Shown: piece by piece, positions 57,465 through 64,000 of the stretch
Layout of the letters: the number at the start of each line of letters is the position of its first letter
Position numbering within the stretch: position 1 is the first letter of the stretch
Source of the DNA: the human T2T-CHM13v2.0 reference genome, Homo sapiens
Length of the DNA: 64,000 nt
Strand: one strand, 5' to 3'
NCBI RefSeq assembly: GCF_009914755.1
Contig: NC_060947.1
Position numbers and translations under genes: made by a program
Notes under the pieces: model-generated
What the model saw: only the letters and a program-made list of their open reading frames with translations
Told to the model about the DNA's origin: nothing
Databases searched by the model: none

Positions 57465-58518
57465 CTACTCGGGAGACTGAGGCAAGAGAATCGCTGAGCC
57501 CAGGAGGTGGAGGTTGCAGTGAGCCAAGATCACGCCACTACACTCCAGAGTCTGGGCAACAAGAACGAAATTCGGTCTCAAAAAAAACAAACAAAAACCT
57601 GTGTTGCTTTTTTTTTTTTTTGAGACAGGGTCTCACTCTGTGGCCCAGGCTGCCATCTCGGCTCACTGCAACCTCTGCTTCCTGGGCTCAAGGAATTCTC
57701 CAGCCTCACCCTCCCAAGTAGCTGTGACAACAGCACAAGCCACCAACGCCTGCTTAATTTTTGTATTTTTTGTAGAGACGTGGTTTTGCCATGTTGCCTA
57801 GGCTGGTCTCAAACTCCTGAGCTCAAAGCAATTCTCCTGTCTCGGCCTCCCAAAGTGCTGGTATTACAGACCTGTATTGCCTTTTTAAAGAGATGCCATC
57901 AGGTGCCCTTTATAAGCATCTAACACTAGTGTTGACTGATACTAAACTAAACTATTTTAGCCTACTGCTTTGTGGTTCAAAATAAGGTAACTGAGAGCAC
58001 CCTGTTATATAAAAAACTCCATAGAATTGAATATAAGGCAATTCTTGCTTTGATGAGGCATAATTTGATGAGGGGGTAAACCTTACCTTATATTTGAGTA
58101 TACAGCACATTTATGGATATGTTTGCTACGGCATTAGCATATATTTCTGCAGTTTATAAACTATGCATCTCTTTCATATTTAGATAACAGAGAGGCAATT
58201 TTTTGAATATATAATGATAATATGAATATATGAATAAAACTGTTATGAAGTATAAGAAAATATAGATGTATCAAATAACTCATTTACAAAATTGAGAATC
58301 AGCACAGCAAACATTTGGAAGAATACTTTTGAGTTTCCCTAGAACACAAGAGAGCAATGCTGTTAGCTCATTTCAGACAGGAGTTCTAGTTTTTAATTCA
58401 AGCTTGGCTAGGTATAAGACCAGAAGCGTGATGCTTATCTTTTTCTTTTTCCCCCCAGCTTTACTGAAGTATAAATGACAAATAAATTTATATATATTTA
58501 AGGTATACAATGTGATGA

Positions 58519-59161
<643 letters not shown>

Positions 59162-59410
59162 TTATCAATGACTGAAATGGAAAATTCTTCTGTAATTGAG
59201 TAACTGAAATCCAATACATGATTTGAACCAGCATATGGCAACCTGGAATAATACAGCATTTTAAGTCCTTTAAAAAATATTCTATATGACAAAATACCCC
59301 CAACAGTTTAAAGAAAAAAAGATACCCTATTTAAAAAGTATTTTGGGGCTGGGCCGCAGTGACTCACGCCTGTGATCCCAGCATTTTGAGAGGTCAAGGT
59401 AAGCAGATCA

Positions 59411-59691
<281 letters not shown>

Positions 59692-60172
59692 TTATTCTTA
59701 AAAAGGATGTATTATTGTGGGGGGTATGTATGTGTGTCTTTCCCCACTAAATATAAATCAGCATTAAATTCCCCCTAAAAAACTCTGGGGCTGGGCGCTG
59801 TGGCTCACGCCTGTAATCCCAGTACTTTGGGAGGCCGAGGAGGGCACGAGGTCAAGAGATTGAGACCATCCTGGCCAACATGGTGAAACCCTATCTCTAC
59901 TAAAAATACAAAAATTAGCCGAGGGTGGTGGCGCATGCCTGTAATCCCAGCTACTTGGGAGGCTGAGGGAAGAGAAATGCTTGAACCCAGGAGGCAGAGG
60001 TTTCAGTGAGCTGAGATCACACTACTGCACTCTAGCCTGGCGACAGAGTGAGATTCCACCTCAAATACAAAAAAAAAGAAAAGAAAAAACTCTGGTTAAA
60101 ATGTTAATGGTAGATTATAGGCAGTGGGTATATGGTTGTTCACTGTGAAATTCTTTCACTTTTGATGTCTGA

Positions 60173-60564
<392 letters not shown>

Positions 60565-60584
60565 TAAAATTCAAGTTTGCTTAC

Positions 60585-60646
60585 CTTGAAAATCGTCTTG
60601 GACTGGGAACTGGACTTGGTGGCAATCCACTGCTGCTCACGAACAT
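60585..60646 (-). CDS. PABIR2: PABIR2/FAM122B coding exon, 62 nt (MFVSSSGLPPSPVPSPRRFS)
   Basis: cttcttacag|ATG TTC GTG ... TTT TCA AG|gtaagc. In frame with both neighbouring exons. Confidence 0.94.
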
Positions 60647-61134
60647 CTGTAAGAAGGGTGAAAAACATTACTAGAAAAAACATATTCAATATTAAAATAG
60701 TTCTAGCACTCCAGTTTTCTTTCTTTTTTTTTTTTTTTTTTTTTTTAGAGACAGGGTCTCTCTTTTGCTCAAGCTGGAGTGCAGTGATGCGATCATAGCT
60801 TACTGCAGCCTCGAACTCTTGGGCTCAAGCCATCTTCCTGCCCCACCTTCTTGATGAGCTAGGACTACAGGTGTGCGCCACCATGCCCGACTAATTTTTT
60901 TGTATCTATTTTTTTTTTTTTAATGTAGAGATGGGGTCTCGCCATGTTGCCCAGGCTGCTCTCGACCTCCTGAGCTCAAGTGATCCTCCCACCTTGGCCT
61001 CCCAAAGAGTTGGAATGATTACAGGTATAAGCCACCATACCAGGCCCACAATCATTTTCAAAAGGTTCTTTTCAAAATGACAGAAACAATATCTTTAGAA
61101 TTGCTTGGCTGTCTGTGTGTCTCATAACTAAATT

Positions 61135-61616
61135 ACATATATATATATGTAATATATATGTAATATACACGTTATATATATGTAATATACACGTTATATG
61201 TGTAATATATACACGTTATATATGTGTAATATATACACGTTATATATGTGTAATATATACGTTATATATGTGTAATATATACACGTTATATATGTGTAAT
61301 ATATACACGTTATATATGTGTAATATATACACGTTATATATGTGTAATATATACACGTTATATATGTGTAATATATACACGTTATATATGTGTAATATAT
61401 ACACGTTATATATGTGTAATATATACACGTTATATATGTGTAATATATACACGTTATATATGTGTAATATATACACGTTATATATGTGTAATATATACAC
61501 GTTATATATGTGTTATATATGTTATATATGTGTTATATATACGTTATATATGTAATATATACGTTATATATGTAATATGTTATATATATGTAATATATAT
61601 GTTATATATATATATA
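61135..61616. repeat. AT-rich minisatellite, 24-bp unit GTAATATATACACGTTATATATGT with (TA)n-like flanks
   Basis: Roughly a dozen near-perfect copies between ~61200 and 61510; source of the CNIYTLYM repeat ORFs. Confidence 0.97.
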
Positions 61617-61787
61617 TTTTAAGAAGACCAAGAATATACATATATATATGTATATTTTCCAAATTACTGCTGTAGATTTTCATTGATTTTCCTTCAAGGC
61701 ATTGGATACTTTAAAAGTGGGGTGATTTGTGTGTGTTTTAGAGTAAACAGCTCAGTTTGTGAAATACACTTAATATCTTGTCAGTTA

Positions 61788-61919
<132 letters not shown>

Positions 61920-62148
61920 TCATAATAAATTCAGCACATCACAGCTCTTACTTACTACTATAACACACCCAGATTTTCCAAGGAGAAAGGTATAGACTCT
62001 AATATTCTGCTGGAAAAGCAGAGATCAAAAAACAAGTATCAATTTGGAAGTAGAAGGGGAAAGAAGTGTGCGAAAAAATTAATGAACCTAGTGAACAACA
62101 TAAAAGTTTCTAGAAAATGAAAACCAAACAGACATGAGCAAACTTTAC

Positions 62149-62203
62149 CAGGCTCAAGCTCTCATCCCATGATTGGCTTATCTGCATTGCCGTTTGCATT
62201 TCC
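62149..62203 (-). CDS. PABIR2: PABIR2/FAM122B coding exon, 55 nt (EMQTAMQISQSWDESLSL)
   Basis: attttag|G GAA ATG CAA ... TTG AGC CTG|gtaaag. Conserved FAM122 'QIS.SW.ES.SL' block. Confidence 0.95.
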
Positions 62204-62286
62204 CTAAAATAAACAAAGGGAAGGGCCGTCAGTGTTTACAAACAAGACACTTATTAGGCTAGGCCCTGCTCTTGCAAAGCACTAAC

Positions 62287-62330
62287 CTTTCATGTGCAGT
62301 TTCTCTGTTCACCATATCCAGGCCTTCTTC
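62287..62330 (-). CDS. PABIR2: PABIR2/FAM122B coding exon, 44 nt (EEGLDMVNRETAHE-R)
   Basis: tttgcag|GAA GAA GGC CTG GAT ... CAT GAA AG|gttagt. Recognised FAM122B peptide; ends in phase 2, matching the next exon. Confidence 0.95.
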
Positions 62331-62643
62331 CTGCAAAGACAAACATATATGCTAAAAAGGCAGGATCACTGACAAAATATTAACTCTTCCACACACTGCA
62401 ATTTTTATCCACATAGTTCTCTGCTTCAAATAAAATAAAAAGACTTTTTCTACCTCATTGACATAATCACAGTAGAGTGGAACATTCATGCCGCTTGTAT
62501 ATTTTATCTACACGCTCCAGAAGAATTATAATCTGTCTCCAACTAACCAGAGTTGCATCCTAATTCATTTTAATATCTACGTCTTTAAAATAAAAATGTA
62601 AAATCCAAAAAATTTCCAATCTGAGCTAGTAAGTAAAATTTAC

Positions 62644-62700
62644 CCTTTTGATCTGATGCAGTCTGCTACTAGGAATACGATTAGGTGAGGATGACAGCAA
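62644..62700 (-). CDS. PABIR2: PABIR2/FAM122B coding exon, 57 nt, symmetric phase 0/0 (LLSSSPNRIPSSRLHQIKR)
   Basis: Minus strand ttctttccag|TTG CTG TCA ... ATC AAA AGG|gtaaat. The peptide matches the FAM122 family RLHQIK motif and joins in frame to the next exon (EEG). Confidence 0.92.
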
Positions 62701-63601
62701 CTGGAAAGAAAAAGTAAACATTTACTATTTTCTGAATCACAAAGCAGCAGTCTGCTGTCAGTACTGGCGTACAACCTCTTCCTAGGTAAGTTTTCATATT
62801 CTTCTTCAAAATTTAGCTCTTTAGATCACTGAACGTTAATGCACTAAAGGCAGTACATTTAGTCTTCAAAAAGTACACCAGGTGTCCAACCTCAAAGCGC
62901 CATCTGTTGCTAGACAGACACTGACTTCAGCACTTTTCCCAAATGAATGTGAAGCTACGTAAATTTAGAGAAATAAAGACTATGGGCCTTAGAAATATCC
63001 ATTATCCCACTTATCTAAAATAAAGAACAATATGAGAAGGGAAAGAAAAAAAAACACCAATGTTATTAATTTTTATTATCAATGCAGCAATGGGGGAAGA
63101 CAGGCTAATAAGTCTAGTATATAATATTTTGTCTATGATTGATGATTTTCAAAAACACTTTAAAACTGCAATAAGGAGGTTTTGCTTTCACGATCCAAAT
63201 CCATTCTAAAATCTCATCATATGCTATCACTACAAATCTTACTAGTTAACAAAAAACAATTTGGAAAGACAAGGTGTATCTTTAAAATAACTGATGCTTT
63301 CCCTTAGATCATCATTTTTTAATAACACAAAGCAGAAATGATTTGGAGGCCAAATTATGTTCCTTCACAATAATTACAAGCTGGTCACAAACTGTAAGAC
63401 ACAATTCATATCAACAGGTCTTAGAGAGTTCTAGTGGTCATAATATAAACGACTACTATTTATTCTATAACGAAATGCAAGTGAACTTGTAATACTATAA
63501 AACCAAATAACAATTATCCTGTTTAAGAGGCCCTACACTATTAAAACTTATTTGAATACTAATGTAGTGAGCAGTATAAAATAGTGATAAAATGCTCTAA
63601 G

Positions 63602-63935
<334 letters not shown>

Positions 63936-64000
63936 ACTGGTGAACTCTTAATAAGATCATTTAGAAAACACCAAGCTACAAGGCAAGCAAATACAGCAGG

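Noticed and set aside
61115-61555. 146-aa ORF with repeated CNIYTLYM (and antisense YILHIYNV)
   Set aside because: Translation of the 24-bp minisatellite; no splice or coding context.

Overview
Primate (human-like) genomic DNA, dense in Alu, L1, L2, MIR and MaLR repeats. I recognise it as the PLAC1-PABIR2 (FAM122B) interval of Xq26.3, with both genes on the minus strand. The right third holds eight coding exons of PABIR2/FAM122B (62700 down to the stop at 45252), which splice in frame through GT-AG sites, and a ~2.6-kb 3' UTR ending near 42680. The 5' exons lie beyond the window. About 5 kb further on is a candidate distal non-coding first exon of PLAC1 (~37347-37435), and a well-formed 85-nt non-coding exon sits at 6614-6698. 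The rest of the left part is probably PLAC1 intron and contains a retrotransposed U4 snRNA pseudogene. Nearly all ORFs in the supplied track are Alu/L1/low-complexity artefacts, and I see no prokaryote-type or wholly new gene system. The most interesting signals are: (i) a composite cassette at the putative PLAC1 distal promoter, with a 5x61-bp array whose units each carry a DR3-like nuclear-receptor element, GATA sites and an antisense AATAAA, bracketed by 170-bp direct repeats; (ii) a formerly coding 24-nt segment of PABIR2, now starting with a stop codon and bypassed by a downstream acceptor; (iii) a symmetric 57-nt exon holding the PP2A-B55 docking motif; (iv) several alternative-splicing options that change the PABIR2 C-terminus. 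Gene names and paralog sequences come from memory, were not checked against a database, and repeat boundaries are approximate.
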